Shown here: positions 1 through 10,189 of the stretch, one piece after another
Layout: each line of letters starts with the position of its first letter
Numbering within the stretch: position 1 is the stretch's first letter
Assembly (NCBI GenBank): GCA_963719945.1
Contig: CAVRDX010000004.1
Span: 320,001 to 384,000, forward strand
Length of the DNA: 64,000 nt
DNA from: an uncultured Thermoplasmata archaeon
GTDB taxonomy: Archaea; Thermoplasmatota; Thermoplasmata; UBA10834
Reading direction: 5' to 3'
Position numbers and translations under genes: made by a program
Notes under the pieces: model-generated
Database searches by the model: none
Seen by the model: the letters and a program-made list of their open reading frames with translations, nothing else
Told to the model about the DNA's origin: nothing

Positions 1-658
1 GTTCGTAATGGCTGATGCTTCCATAGTCGACCCATTCGAAGCCTATGCTTCTCAGATAATGTCTGATGGACGCTTTCTGTATCACGCCAGGGAGCGATCC
101 TATGAATGCTTCCCATATGAATGCGTAGAAAAGGCCGAAGAACACCGGCTTCTTGAACAGAACGCCCATGGATAGGAACAGTGCAGAATACACAACCGAA
201 CCAATGATGACAAGGCCTGTGAATGCAAGGTATATGCTCAGGCTATCTGAGTCGATCCCTTTCTGAGAGAAGAACGCAAGGAACCCTGCGGTGTTGATGA
301 TGATCATGGATATTGCGACTGCTATCACCAATGGCACGTAATAGCCGGCATACGAGTATGCTCGGTCGAGAGGCGCAGTGGCCACGTGCGTGATGCTCTT
401 GTCATCTATCTCGTCACGGATCAGTGACGAGCCGTAGATCATAGCCATCACAGGCATGAAGAACAGAAGTATGAGTGTGTCGAGGAGATTGACCCCCTCG
501 TCCAGTGGCTCAACATCCTGTGTGCCCGCATATCCCATCACGGCTGCGACGAACACCGCGACCAGCGCGGAAATCACTGCTTTTCGGCTGAACAGCAGCT
601 TCTTGATGGAGTACCGTGTTATCGCGATTATCCCGGTGAATGCTCTGTCAAGATCCAT
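1..658 (-). CDS. ABC-2 type transporter permease (3' end runs off the window)
   Basis: Hand-translated, not in the ORF track: ATG at 658, MDLDRAFTGIIAITRYSIKKLLFSRK...MAMIYGSSLIRDEIDDKSITHVATAPLDR. Hydrophobic, directly downstream of an ABC ATPase. Confidence 0.85.
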   Translation of the reverse strand, partial: MDLDRAFTGIIAITRYSIKKLLFSRKAVISALVAVFVAAVMGYAGTQDVEPLDEGVNLLDTLILLFFMPVMAMIYGSSLIRDEIDDKSITHVATAPLDRAYSYAGYYVPLVIAVAISMIIINTAGFLAFFSQKGIDSDSLSIYLAFTGLVIIGSVVYSALFLSMGVLFKKPVFFGLFYAFIWEAFIGSLPGVIQKASIRHYLRSIGFEWVDYGSISHYE

Positions 659-660
659 AT

Positions 661-1611
661 CTATCTCCCCACCAGGTATCTGAATATGGCTTCCAGGTTG
701 TCGTCAAGACTGTACATTGTGCGGACAGCGCAGCCGGACTGTTGGACTAGTTCGGGAAGCCTGTTGAAGAAGTCGTCTGGTCTCAAGACCTGGACGGTTA
801 TGCTGTTCCTGTCATCGCCGTACGCGACGGATACGGTGTAACCCTCGCCCAACAGTATCTTTGCCAGAGACTCTATTCCCTCGCCTTCCACGATAATGTT
901 GTGTGGATGCTTGTCGATCAGGTCCCTTATCTCTGAAATGTCTCCCGTCGCGACTGCTCGACCTTTGTAGATCAATACCACATCATGGGTCATCCTCTCT
1001 ATCTCGAACAGGACATGAGAGCTGACTACTACACTGTGACCATGGTCCTTGTTGAGGCTCTTTATGAGATCGATCAACTCTTTCCTCACGAGGGGGTCGG
1101 TGCCGCTCAACGGTTCGTCCAGGATCAGCAGGTCTGGGTCGTGTATCAGGGCTCCAGCGATCTTCATCCTCTGCTTCATCCCTCTGCTGTAGCCGCCAGT
1201 CTTCCTATCCAACGCACGCCTCATCTCCACGAGGTCGGACACCTCTGCCGTTCTCTTCGAGAGCGCGTCGCCCTTCATGCCGTGAAGTCCGCCTATCAGT
1301 CGTAGGTACTCTCGTCCAGTGGCTTCTGTCGGGAGCGACTCGTAATCCGGGCAGAACCCGATGGACGAATGCAGGGGGGCGTTCCTCCATGGTCTCTCGC
1401 CCAGCACAGTTATGTTGCCTGCATTCGGTCTTATGAGCCCGAGTGCAAGCTTGAACAGAGTGCTCTTTCCTGAGCCGTTGGGTCCAACTATGCCAGTGAT
1501 TCCTGGTCGGATCCTGAGGTTGAAATTGTTCACCCCTATCACCTCGCCGTACCACTTGCTGAGCGCGGCCGTTTCGATGACGGTGTCAGATTCGGATGCG
1601 CGTCCGGTCAT
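661..1611 (-). CDS. ABC transporter ATP-binding protein
   Basis: Walker A GPNGSGKST, signature YSRGMKQR, Walker B LLILDEP, H-loop SSH. Start ATG at 1611 overlaps the upstream stop (ATGA). Confidence 0.95.
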   Translation of the reverse strand: MTGRASESDTVIETAALSKWYGEVIGVNNFNLRIRPGITGIVGPNGSGKSTLFKLALGLIRPNAGNITVLGERPWRNAPLHSSIGFCPDYESLPTEATGREYLRLIGGLHGMKGDALSKRTAEVSDLVEMRRALDRKTGGYSRGMKQRMKIAGALIHDPDLLILDEPLSGTDPLVRKELIDLIKSLNKDHGHSVVVSSHVLFEIERMTHDVVLIYKGRAVATGDISEIRDLIDKHPHNIIVEGEGIESLAKILLGEGYTVSVAYGDDRNSITVQVLRPDDFFNRLPELVQQSGCAVRTMYSLDDNLEAIFRYLVGR

Positions 1612-2429
1612 TTTCCGATCACCTGCCTCTGTATCTTCATCCACACGATCACTGAAGGCACTACGATGAACGCTGCGATGAATGCGGCAAGCCCCGCTCC
1701 TGGGATCTCCGTCGGCAGACCAAATCCGAATATCCAGTCGATGGCATATGAGAGTGATTCTACGGGGCTCACCACGCCCCATGCTGGGTCGAAATCTGAG
1801 AATATCCCCGAGACCAGGGTCAGGGCGAAGAACGACATGAATGTCCCGACGGCTGCGTAGCTCTTGCGTTTGGTGAACGAGGAGATCATGAGACCGTAAG
1901 GTACGAAGAACACGGTGACCAGGGTTCCCGCAACGACCGTTCGTCCGAGTATGCCCGCGCTGTGCCAGTAGTCATCCCCCGTCTGAGTGGCTATTGAGAC
2001 GATTCCTACCAGGACGGGCGGGATGGCGCACAGAACGCCCATGACTATCAGTGCCGCCCCAGTCTTGCCGATGAGATAATCCCTGACCTTGATCGCCCTG
2101 GAGAAATAGAGCACAAAGGAGCTGTTGGCAAAGTCCTCCGATATCAGGTCGGATGTGAGGACAGCTGCGAGCAGCATGGCGAATACTGTGAGGATCCCGT
2201 CTCCCATGTAACTGCTCATGACGTCTCCCTCTAGTCCTTCATGGGGTGAGAATACAGTCGTGAGGATCTGCATGACGTGGACTAGGAAGAAACCGAGGGC
2301 AAGGAGCACTATTACACCGACGGATCTGATCTTGTGGTTCAAGATGCTTCTTGCGATCACGTAGAACCTGGCGTTCTGAGCGGTCCTCTGTCCTTTCCAA
2401 GGGCGGTACTCGATCGGGTTAATTCCCAC
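1608..2429 (-). CDS. ABC-2 type transporter permease
   Basis: About 6 TM segments, ISEDFANSSFVLYFSRAIKVRDYLIGK motif. GTG start at 2429 after GGAGGTGG. Confidence 0.85.
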   Translation of the reverse strand: MGINPIEYRPWKGQRTAQNARFYVIARSILNHKIRSVGVIVLLALGFFLVHVMQILTTVFSPHEGLEGDVMSSYMGDGILTVFAMLLAAVLTSDLISEDFANSSFVLYFSRAIKVRDYLIGKTGAALIVMGVLCAIPPVLVGIVSIATQTGDDYWHSAGILGRTVVAGTLVTVFFVPYGLMISSFTKRKSYAAVGTFMSFFALTLVSGIFSDFDPAWGVVSPVESLSYAIDWIFGFGLPTEIPGAGLAAFIAAFIVVPSVIVWMKIQRQVIGK

Positions 2430-3420
2430 CCGCACCACCTCCCTTGAAAGAGCTGAGGAACACATCCTCCAGACTCAGTCTATCCGGACGGAATCTTCTG
2501 ATCTGCACGTTGTTCTCGTGGGCGATCTTGAACACCCTCTTCCCATCCGAACACCCTCGCACGGTGAATGCGATCTGGTTCCACCCCTCCTCTTTTCTGT
2601 CCACGATTTCACAGATCTGCGCGAGCGCGTCGACGAATTTGGTCATGGCTTGTTCGTCTCCTCGCACGGTCAGTTTCTGGAGGTCTTCTTCACCGGCCAT
2701 GAGGGCTTCCATCTTCCCTTGTCGAACGAGCTTACCATTGCTGATTATGACCGCATATTCGCAGACTAATTCGACTTCTTGGAGGATGTGTGACGATACG
2801 ATGACCGTCTTTTCGGAGGCCCCTATCTTCTTGATCAGGTCGAGCATCTCCTCCCTTCCGTTCGGGTCCATGCCGCTAGTCGGCTCGTCGAGGAACAAGA
2901 GAGATGGGTCATGGATCACCGCCTGCGCCAGTTTGATCCTCTGCTTCATTCCGGTAGAGTATGATTTGATGAGCCTGTACCTCTCCTCACCGATGCCGAC
3001 GAAATCCAGCACCTCATGTGTCCGCTGTATGGCATCCTTTGAGGACATGCCGGAGATCTTGCCCATGTAGGAAACGAGCTCGACGGAACTCATGCTAGGG
3101 ATGAGACAATCGTGCTCCGGCATGTAGCCGATGTCGTCCCTTATCTGCAGATACTGTAGCTGTGAATCGAGACCGCTGACGGAGATTCTTCCCTTGTCGA
3201 GAGAAACGAGTCCCAAGGAAGCTTTGATGAACGTGCTCTTCCCAGCTCCGTTCGGTCCTAGCAGGCCGATTATACCTCTGGGAATGTCCACCGTGAAGTC
3301 ATCGAGAGCAACGACTGGACCAAACCGAACGGTCACCCCCAACGCCGAGAGATGGGGTGAACTGCTCCTATTCTTGTCCTCTGGTTGATGAGCCACTTCC
3401 CCTGGCATCAACAAGTGCAT
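2419..3420 (-). CDS. ABC transporter ATP-binding protein
   Basis: GPNGAGKST, YSTGMKQR, LFLDEP, SSH. True start is probably a few codons downstream. Confidence 0.95.
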   Translation of the reverse strand: MHLLMPGEVAHQPEDKNRSSSPHLSALGVTVRFGPVVALDDFTVDIPRGIIGLLGPNGAGKSTFIKASLGLVSLDKGRISVSGLDSQLQYLQIRDDIGYMPEHDCLIPSMSSVELVSYMGKISGMSSKDAIQRTHEVLDFVGIGEERYRLIKSYSTGMKQRIKLAQAVIHDPSLLFLDEPTSGMDPNGREEMLDLIKKIGASEKTVIVSSHILQEVELVCEYAVIISNGKLVRQGKMEALMAGEEDLQKLTVRGDEQAMTKFVDALAQICEIVDRKEEGWNQIAFTVRGCSDGKRVFKIAHENNVQIRRFRPDRLSLEDVFLSSFKGGGAGGN

Positions 3421-3465
3421 GGGCTCGGAGATATAAGCATTTAAGCAAGGATTGCGGAGGTCTAT

Positions 3466-4434
3466 TCAGGACAGTTCGATCGTTCCGATCACTCTGAGCT
3501 TCCCGCCTTCTAGATGTGCGACGATCCCCCTCGACCCCGGTTTGAATACGAGGTCCTTCTGCATCGTAAGTGTGAGTGTCAGGGATCTCCAATTTTCGCC
3601 TTCAGTTGATACATCGTCCACCCTAGCTGGCGAGAATTGCATCCAATGACCGATATGAACTACCATCCCGCTCTTGAGTTGCGAGGGCCAGTACTTCACT
3701 ACCTGGCACTTCCCTTTGAGCGATGATCTGCATACAAGGTCGTCGTCGGTCGTAAGCACCATACCCCTATCGAGGTCCCCTGCTGAGACACCCTTGAGCG
3801 CGAGACCGACACGGTCTCCCCTGACCGCCCAGTCATAATCGTCATCGTGCTTCTGTATCGACCTTACGATTGCCTGCTTGTCTGTTGGGAGGACCTTCAT
3901 CGAGTCATGTTTCTTCATGTGTCCGTCCGCGACTCGTCCGAGTACGACCGTTCCCACACCTTTGACGTCGAAGTAGTGGTCGATCGGGACGGAACCTTTA
4001 GATGCACCAGTTGGTTCGGACCCATCGAGTCCCTCCGCTTCCTTGAGCAAGAGTTCCCTTATCTTAACCGGATCATCTTCGATTATGTCGTATTGCTCCA
4101 GCGCAGTGCCCTTGATGAACGGTGCGAACTGTTCCTTCGTGATATAGTTGCGTGGGAGTATCCAACCCTTCTTGACCCCTGCGCAATCAAGCATGATGAC
4201 GCATTCGCCGAATGTATGGTCGATCTTGTCCACGACCAATACAGCGCAGTCCGCCATCGAAACGACATGGAACAAGGATGATAGACGGTCGGGGTACTTG
4301 GTCGGCTCCACGCAAGTGAGCGTGGTCTCCCCCTTCTTGACATCATAGAATGTCATATCTGACTCTGTCGATTTCTTGCCTATTCCCTTGGAGAATTCAG
4401 GGGAGCCAAGAATGGCCACTGTCAGGTTGCTCAT
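3466..4434 (-). CDS. EF-Tu/SelB-like translation factor-related protein with degenerate G domain
   Basis: Domain II motifs IDHYFDVKGVGTVVLG, VRSIQKHD and GDRVGLALKGV...LDRGMVL. No canonical GxxxxGKS/T P-loop. Confidence 0.85.
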   Translation of the reverse strand: MSNLTVAILGSPEFSKGIGKKSTESDMTFYDVKKGETTLTCVEPTKYPDRLSSLFHVVSMADCAVLVVDKIDHTFGECVIMLDCAGVKKGWILPRNYITKEQFAPFIKGTALEQYDIIEDDPVKIRELLLKEAEGLDGSEPTGASKGSVPIDHYFDVKGVGTVVLGRVADGHMKKHDSMKVLPTDKQAIVRSIQKHDDDYDWAVRGDRVGLALKGVSAGDLDRGMVLTTDDDLVCRSSLKGKCQVVKYWPSQLKSGMVVHIGHWMQFSPARVDDVSTEGENWRSLTLTLTMQKDLVFKPGSRGIVAHLEGGKLRVIGTIELS

Positions 4435-4533
4435 CTAGTCCCGTGTAGGATGCCCTGATAATCAATTTTTCTAAGCAACATATATGCAATATATCCGAAC
4501 AAGCGATTTGGGTACTGGAGCGGTGGTGTAGAG

Positions 4534-5574
4534 ATGGATGAGAAAGGGTTTGCCAGATTCTGCAAGACCAGCAAGCGGTTGCGAAGGCATCTGGACGATA
4601 AGGGCATAGCGGACAACATTGCGGCGGTCAAGGAGTTCGACTCGTTCCTGAGGAAGAATCGCAAGCGAAGGGGCATGGGCACCGCCACTGAGGCAGACAT
4701 CGAGGCGTATTCCGAGCATCTCATCAAGTCCGGGAAGAACACCTGGGACACTTACATATCGTTGCTTAGATACGCCCGGTTCTTGGATGCCAGGAAAGTC
4801 GAATTGTCGATTCTCAATCTCTTGGATGGGGTGAATGTCCTCCCCGATCTCTCTAACACCCTCAAGAAGAGGGTGGGTGCCAGGAGACAGGCGGAAATCC
4901 TGGGTGGGTTGGAATTGCCCACGCTCGGAAGCCCGAATACGGGCTGGCCCGTGATAACGAAGCAATTCATGGAACGTCTGGAAGGGAATCTCACTCAGAA
5001 GCGTTGCAGGAGTCTTCTGCTGACGGGACCACATGCCGGTCCACCAGAGGATTATCAGTTCGAACGGGAGCTATTCTTGAAGTCGAAGGACCTCGACGAT
5101 TTCTTGAAAAAGAGACACAGACAATCGGTCAAGACTCTGGAGACTCACATGAAGGAGAAGACTCTCTTCTACACTCAAGAGATAGACAAGAATGTGCTGG
5201 AGTTCGTCAGAGGGAATCAGGAGATAATGGGCGGAGTGAGGGTAGGCGATGTCATCTATGAGACAAAGATTCCGTACATGACCCGTGAATACCTCGCAGA
5301 AAGCGACACAAAGATGAAGCGGTATTACGGTTGCCACTGTCCATGGGCGCGCGAATCGATACTATCGGGCGTCAATATCCCATCCGATTTCTGTTACTGC
5401 AGCGCAGGATATCACAAGCGTCCATGGGACGTGGTGTTTGGTCAGCCAGTCTGGGTTGATGTGGAACAATCGATCCTTGATGGCGACACAATATGCAGAT
5501 TCTCGATCCACATTCCAAAAGAGTATTCGAAACCTCCGGCGAAGAAGAAACAGCGCCGGAAGGCACGTCGATGA
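4534..5574 (+). CDS. DUF6144-like Cys-rich (V4R-like) protein with helical N-terminal domain and basic tail
   Basis: GCHCPWAR...FCYCSAGY...SILDGDTICRFSI pattern. Confidence 0.7.
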   Translation: MDEKGFARFCKTSKRLRRHLDDKGIADNIAAVKEFDSFLRKNRKRRGMGTATEADIEAYSEHLIKSGKNTWDTYISLLRYARFLDARKVELSILNLLDGVNVLPDLSNTLKKRVGARRQAEILGGLELPTLGSPNTGWPVITKQFMERLEGNLTQKRCRSLLLTGPHAGPPEDYQFERELFLKSKDLDDFLKKRHRQSVKTLETHMKEKTLFYTQEIDKNVLEFVRGNQEIMGGVRVGDVIYETKIPYMTREYLAESDTKMKRYYGCHCPWARESILSGVNIPSDFCYCSAGYHKRPWDVVFGQPVWVDVEQSILDGDTICRFSIHIPKEYSKPPAKKKQRRKARR

Positions 5575-5608
5575 GTATTATGGTGGACTCCCGATGATCA
5601 TACGGTGA

Positions 5609-5929
5609 TCATCGGTACTTTGAGTATCTATCCAGAAGATCGAGGATATCGTCTGTGGTGTGTTCTGGAAATGAACCGAGCTTCTCCTGATCAAGGACAT
5701 ACTCTCTGGCGGCTGCAATCGAAATACGGGATGCCTTCGCTATCACGGATGCGACTACGGTGGAAGCGACCGCCTCGTCGATTTTGTGGTCGGTCATGAT
5801 GTCTCTTATCGCGTATCTGAACGTTGAGACCCTGTTCAGGTTCAACATCGGTATCCTCTCACTATCCGGATTTACGCGTCTTCTCACATTCGTGTTCTTG
5901 CGTCCCTGGTACTTCCTGCGATATGCCAA
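5609..5929 (-). CDS. hypothetical small basic protein
   Basis: TTG start after GAGGT, upstream TTTAAG TATA-like box, Arg/Lys-rich N-terminus. Confidence 0.75.
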   Translation of the reverse strand: MAYRRKYQGRKNTNVRRRVNPDSERIPMLNLNRVSTFRYAIRDIMTDHKIDEAVASTVVASVIAKASRISIAAAREYVLDQEKLGSFPEHTTDDILDLLDRYSKYR

Positions 5930-6015
5930 TAATACCTCTCCGTATGAATATCCATACTTCTCCTTGATACTTAAATATTGACTGGTTTTGTCCGGTGATT
6001 TGGGGCGTCAGCCTC

Positions 6016-8051
6016 TCAATATGTGACAAGCCCCATCTTCTTGAGATCGCTCATGAACCTCAAAGCATGTTCATGTGCGGTCGGTCCGAATTCTGCTGAG
6101 ACGACATCCATTATCTCTTGGAGATTCCTCTTTCCGTCGATGAGATTCACCATGTCGTAGGCTTTTCTCGAGAAATCGCGATCACTGCTCTTCGACCTCA
6201 TGGTACCATTGATAATCGTCCCCGAGTTCTTCGGCCATGTAATCCGAATCGACCGTACCCTTGAACAATCTCCTTGGAACGATGCCTCTGACTTCGATCT
6301 CGATCTCAGTCTCTTTCAATCTCTTCGGTATCATCACATTCTTGTCAGCCGTGATGGTATCGATGATGTGTTCGAACCTCAAGCTCTCTCGCGCACCATG
6401 TGTTTCGATATCGTTCACCTGCTCGGCGACAAAATCGCGCAAGGATTCAGAATCGTGTAATCTGCAGACAGATCTTATCGCACCTGCTTCCCGGGATGTG
6501 ATCTGTCGGATGCACATCCGGTGATGTCTGATGAGCTTCGCCAGCTCCTCTCCTGTCTTCTTGGACTGCTTCGGAGAATCGATCTTGGCGAACAGTTCCT
6601 CTGATGCATGCCGCACACGATCCGTCACCCTCTTCATACCTTCAGCACAGGTGTTTGCAGCCAACTCTATCGCTGTGCGCTCGTCCGCATTGGCTACCGT
6701 GAGAATGGCTGTCGCAGCAGCAAACCCAGCTCTCCTTAGGCTATCCTCGCTGACCTTATCCATCGTATCCATGCTGGTATGGTAGAACTTGTCCGGCCAT
6801 TGTGTGAGGCTTGCACACGGGACACCGGTCGTCGATTCGCAGAATTCGGAATGGTCGCTTCCTCCAGTATAGGGCGTTCGCGCATATCTGAAATTGCTGA
6901 TCATTCCGAGCTTGACTCTGTCATCGTACGCTTCGTTCGCCTTCTCTATCGCAGAGAAGACGAGATCGTTCAGATACGAAGGTATCGAATCTGGTGTGCA
7001 ATCAAGGCAGAGAGTGGACCCGCATAACTCCTGATTCTCACCCACCATGTCCAAGTTGATTGCCGCCAACAGTCTTTCTCTCATCTCAGGGTGCGTCGAT
7101 AGTAGCGCCACTGAGCCGACCGTCTCGGGCAACCACAGGAATCTGATGGTCCTTTTTGGTCGTTTCATCTTTCCTGATTTGATGAGTGCCATTAGAGGTA
7201 CGTGCGATTTCCATTAGCAATCCGCAACCTGATGCGTTATCGTTCGCCCCAGGTTTCGGATGACATAGATGTGCGACCAAGAGTATCTCTTCGTCAGGCT
7301 TCTCGGACCCCTTTATCGATGCAGAGAGGACCTCGTATTTTCCGAGCATCAGTTTCGCATCCACTTCCGCATGCAGTTTCACTGGCTTACCTGATTGGAG
7401 AATCTTGCGCAGCTCGTTCCCCTGGCGTTTGCTGATCGAGAATCCGAATCTTATCTTGTTCTTGTTACCTGCATTTGGCCATATGCCTTGATACGAATGC
7501 GCGTCAGGGATGTCTACATTCTCTCTGAATTTGGAGAACTCATAGGATAGGCTGTCAGTGATCACACCGGCAGCTCCTCTCTTAACCACGGCGTGCTCGT
7601 GCACCAGTTTCGCTCGGCCAGTCGCAAGGACGATCTTTCCCTTCACCTGCTTTCCCTTGTAGTCCTTGTCTGAGGTGCCCATTCCAACATCTATCAATCT
7701 CGCGGTGACACCGCCTTCTGGGGTTTTGTTGCTGTATGTGTGGAGTGATTGTGGGATGTCCCGGAACCTGGCAATTATTCTCTCCTCAGGTTCCAGCAGC
7801 CTGAGTTCCGCATCGTTCACTGACCATCCCAAAGTCGTCACATGTGTCCAATATCTGTGCTTACCATCAGCGACGAATCGCTCGACAAAGATATCTTCTA
7901 GGCCGATCCTGGAGAGTTCATCCTTCACATACTCAACAGCATCATGATACATCACGGATGCCTGAATCCTATGAAATTTAGTCAATCTCTCGACGAAGGC
8001 TTTTGCGCTCACGCCTGACAGCTCCGCCTTCAGAATCCTATCTGTTTTCAT
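6016..8051 (-). CDS. M28 family / DUF4910-like aminopeptidase with PA domain and C-terminal wHTH; split by two +1 frameshifts
   Basis: AHLCHPKPGANDNASG, PETVGS, INLDMVG, GGSDH and YHTSMD are spread over ORFs 7086-8132, 6182-7192 and 6016-6201. They join if one base is removed near 7196 and one in 6187-6201. Confidence 0.85.
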
Positions 8052-8185
8052 AGTCAGCCCAGATTGTGCAGAACACTCTTCCCCATATGAATATTTTGTA
8101 CCAGAACCATCTCCGTGGGTGTGTCGAGACAAATGCTCATCGCCAAGATACTCTTTATCTGGAATCTGAATGATACGGTCTGTCG

Positions 8186-9349
8186 ATGTCCCGCAAGATA
8201 TTGGCAGTCGTTATGATCTTCATCATATTCTTCGCAATGTTGATTGTTATCGCTCTGATGCAACCTTCTGGGAATAATGCGCAGACCACTCTGACCAGGG
8301 AAGAAACCATTCCTGAAGATGCAGTGAAAGGTACTCCCGTCAATGATCTCTACCCACCGATATTGAATTCCGATGAGTGGGAGACGCCCGTCCCCATGGA
8401 AGGACCGATCAACACAGCAGGTGCAGAGGATTCTCCTTTCATCACTCCTGACGGCGGAAGGTTCTTCTTCTTTTTCACACCAGATGTATCCGTACCTGTC
8501 GAGGAACAGCTCATGGATGGTGTGACAGGCATATGGTGGTCTCAGCTCTCAGGTGGCATTTGGACCGAACCCGTGAGGATATTGCTGAACGACGACGTGG
8601 CTCTGGATGGTTGTGCCTTTGTTCAGGGCAATGTCCTTTGGTTCGCATCCGTCCGTGTCGGGAACATCGGCGAGATCGATATCTACACTGCTAGTTACGT
8701 GAACGGTATATGGACTGATATTGAGAATGCCGGGACTGTGCTGAACGACGACCTCGATATCGGGGAGTTCCATATCACCGCAGATGGCAGTACGATCTAT
8801 TATGGTGGACCGGGAGAGACGGGCAGCGATCTTGACATTTGGTGCGCGCACAGATCCGGTGATAGTTGGGTCTCTCCCGCGAGAGTGCCCAACGTCAACA
8901 GCGACGGCAACGAGAATATGCCGTTCATTTCTGCCGATGGTGAAGAACTATGGTTCACAAGCGACAGCCACGAGTATCCAGGTCCCGCAGTGTTCCGTTC
9001 TCTGTGGAACGGGTCAGGATGGGATGCGCCTGAAGAGATCGTCACAAGATTTGCCGGTGAGCCGACCCTGGACGAAGACGGCAACCTCTACTTCATCCAT
9101 CACTATTTCGACTCTGATATGAACATGATCGAAGCTGACGTGTACGTAGCATACAAGAAGCAATCCGTGAGTGCGTTCGATCTCTACGATGTTTGTTCAG
9201 AGGATTGCGAGGATTCGGATGCATGCTACATCTGTGACTGCACATGCTGTGAGGAATCGTTCGATTCATTCTTGGTATGTGCAGTCTGGTCGATCAACGA
9301 TGCTTTCGAAGGGAGGACTGTTGATGAATTGTCCGAAGTGTGGGACTAA
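8186..9349 (+). CDS. Secreted/anchored PD40 (TolB-like) beta-propeller protein with Cys/acidic C-terminal tail
   Basis: N-terminal TM. Repeats INTAGAEDSPFITPDG, HITADGSTIYY and VNSDGNENMPFISADGEELWFTSD. Confidence 0.8.
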   Translation: MSRKILAVVMIFIIFFAMLIVIALMQPSGNNAQTTLTREETIPEDAVKGTPVNDLYPPILNSDEWETPVPMEGPINTAGAEDSPFITPDGGRFFFFFTPDVSVPVEEQLMDGVTGIWWSQLSGGIWTEPVRILLNDDVALDGCAFVQGNVLWFASVRVGNIGEIDIYTASYVNGIWTDIENAGTVLNDDLDIGEFHITADGSTIYYGGPGETGSDLDIWCAHRSGDSWVSPARVPNVNSDGNENMPFISADGEELWFTSDSHEYPGPAVFRSLWNGSGWDAPEEIVTRFAGEPTLDEDGNLYFIHHYFDSDMNMIEADVYVAYKKQSVSAFDLYDVCSEDCEDSDACYICDCTCCEESFDSFLVCAVWSINDAFEGRTVDELSEVWD

Positions 9350-9533
9350 GATGGAGCATGGATATCTCGCAGCCGGCAGCACTTCTTCAGGGGCCATGAC
9401 CCGGTTGGAATGGTTCGATCGCAAGCCGACGGTCCCCTTGGTGGGGTCAGTCCCACTGACAAGGTATGCCTCGATTGGCAATGCAGAAGGGTACAGGTGC
9501 GCGGGTTGTAGGATGGTCTTGGCATCTTATTGA
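9324..9533 (+). CDS. Small zinc-ribbon protein (PF20097/DUF6487-like)
   Basis: MNCPKCGTKMEHGYL...W...EGYRCAGCRMVL. GGAGG RBS upstream of ATG 9324. Confidence 0.8.
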   Translation: MNCPKCGTKMEHGYLAAGSTSSGAMTRLEWFDRKPTVPLVGSVPLTRYASIGNAEGYRCAGCRMVLASY

Positions 9534-9544
9534 TGGAGAACGGA

Positions 9545-10189
9545 TTATTCCTCATCGTCATCCTCAGGCGCTGGTCTCGTCCTCCTCCTGGAGATGATCA
9601 GCATCAATATGATGGACGCAGCGCTGATCAGGACGATCGCAATCGCGATGACTGTTGATAGATAGAACACGCTCTCTATGTCGATGTGGATTGACTGAAG
9701 CAATGGATCGAGCACGCTCTCTCCTATCGTGAGATGCGCACCCATGGAACCGGCTACCGAGATGGCGGCGTATGATGCAAACGTAATCATTACGAAAAGA
9801 CTCGACATGAGCGGGCTATTGTAAACGGCGATTCCGAACTTCGACCTGGTCACTACAACGATGCACCAGAGCACAGTCCCGAGCACTGTCAACATGATCT
9901 TATTCTGGACCAGTGGGGAATCGAGCAATGCATCGACTGGCCATGCTAACATGCCGGTTATTGCTGATAGAATGAGGCCGACGACTCCTGCGATGGATGC
10001 GACATACCCCGCAGCATCGGTATAGACGATCATCTTATCGAATCGTTCCGACCGATCGCTGGAGCATCTGACCCCTCGCCTCTTGATCATTGATGCAGCT
10101 GCTGTGACCAAGATGCAGGCGAATGCTAGGGTGAGGAATCCTGCATGGAGCTCTGCCGTCAGTGAATGGAGCGCGCTCATGCTCACCAA
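9545..10189 (-). CDS. DUF2231-like integral membrane protein (possible b-type heme protein)
   Basis: About 5 TM segments with LHSLTAELHAGFL, SAITG and AGSMGAHL, resembling the DUF2231 pattern. Abuts the upstream gene with no gap. Confidence 0.6.
   Translation of the reverse strand: MVSMSALHSLTAELHAGFLTLAFACILVTAAASMIKRRGVRCSSDRSERFDKMIVYTDAAGYVASIAGVVGLILSAITGMLAWPVDALLDSPLVQNKIMLTVLGTVLWCIVVVTRSKFGIAVYNSPLMSSLFVMITFASYAAISVAGSMGAHLTIGESVLDPLLQSIHIDIESVFYLSTVIAIAIVLISAASIILMLIISRRRTRPAPEDDDEE

Noticed and set aside
1-3420. ABC operon as CcmAB for the ccmF locus
   Set aside because: It is a two-ATPase/two-permease ABC-2 exporter with long ATPases, has no CcmB/CcmC motifs, and lies about 8 kb away.
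4534-4830. Integrase or mobile element
   Set aside because: Only a resemblance to the N-terminal binding domain; there is no catalytic domain, att site, tRNA target or cargo.
6182-6184. In-frame TGA in the M28 peptidase as selenocysteine readthrough, given the nearby SelB-like gene
   Set aside because: The conserved C-terminal domain continues in a different frame, so this is an indel rather than readthrough.
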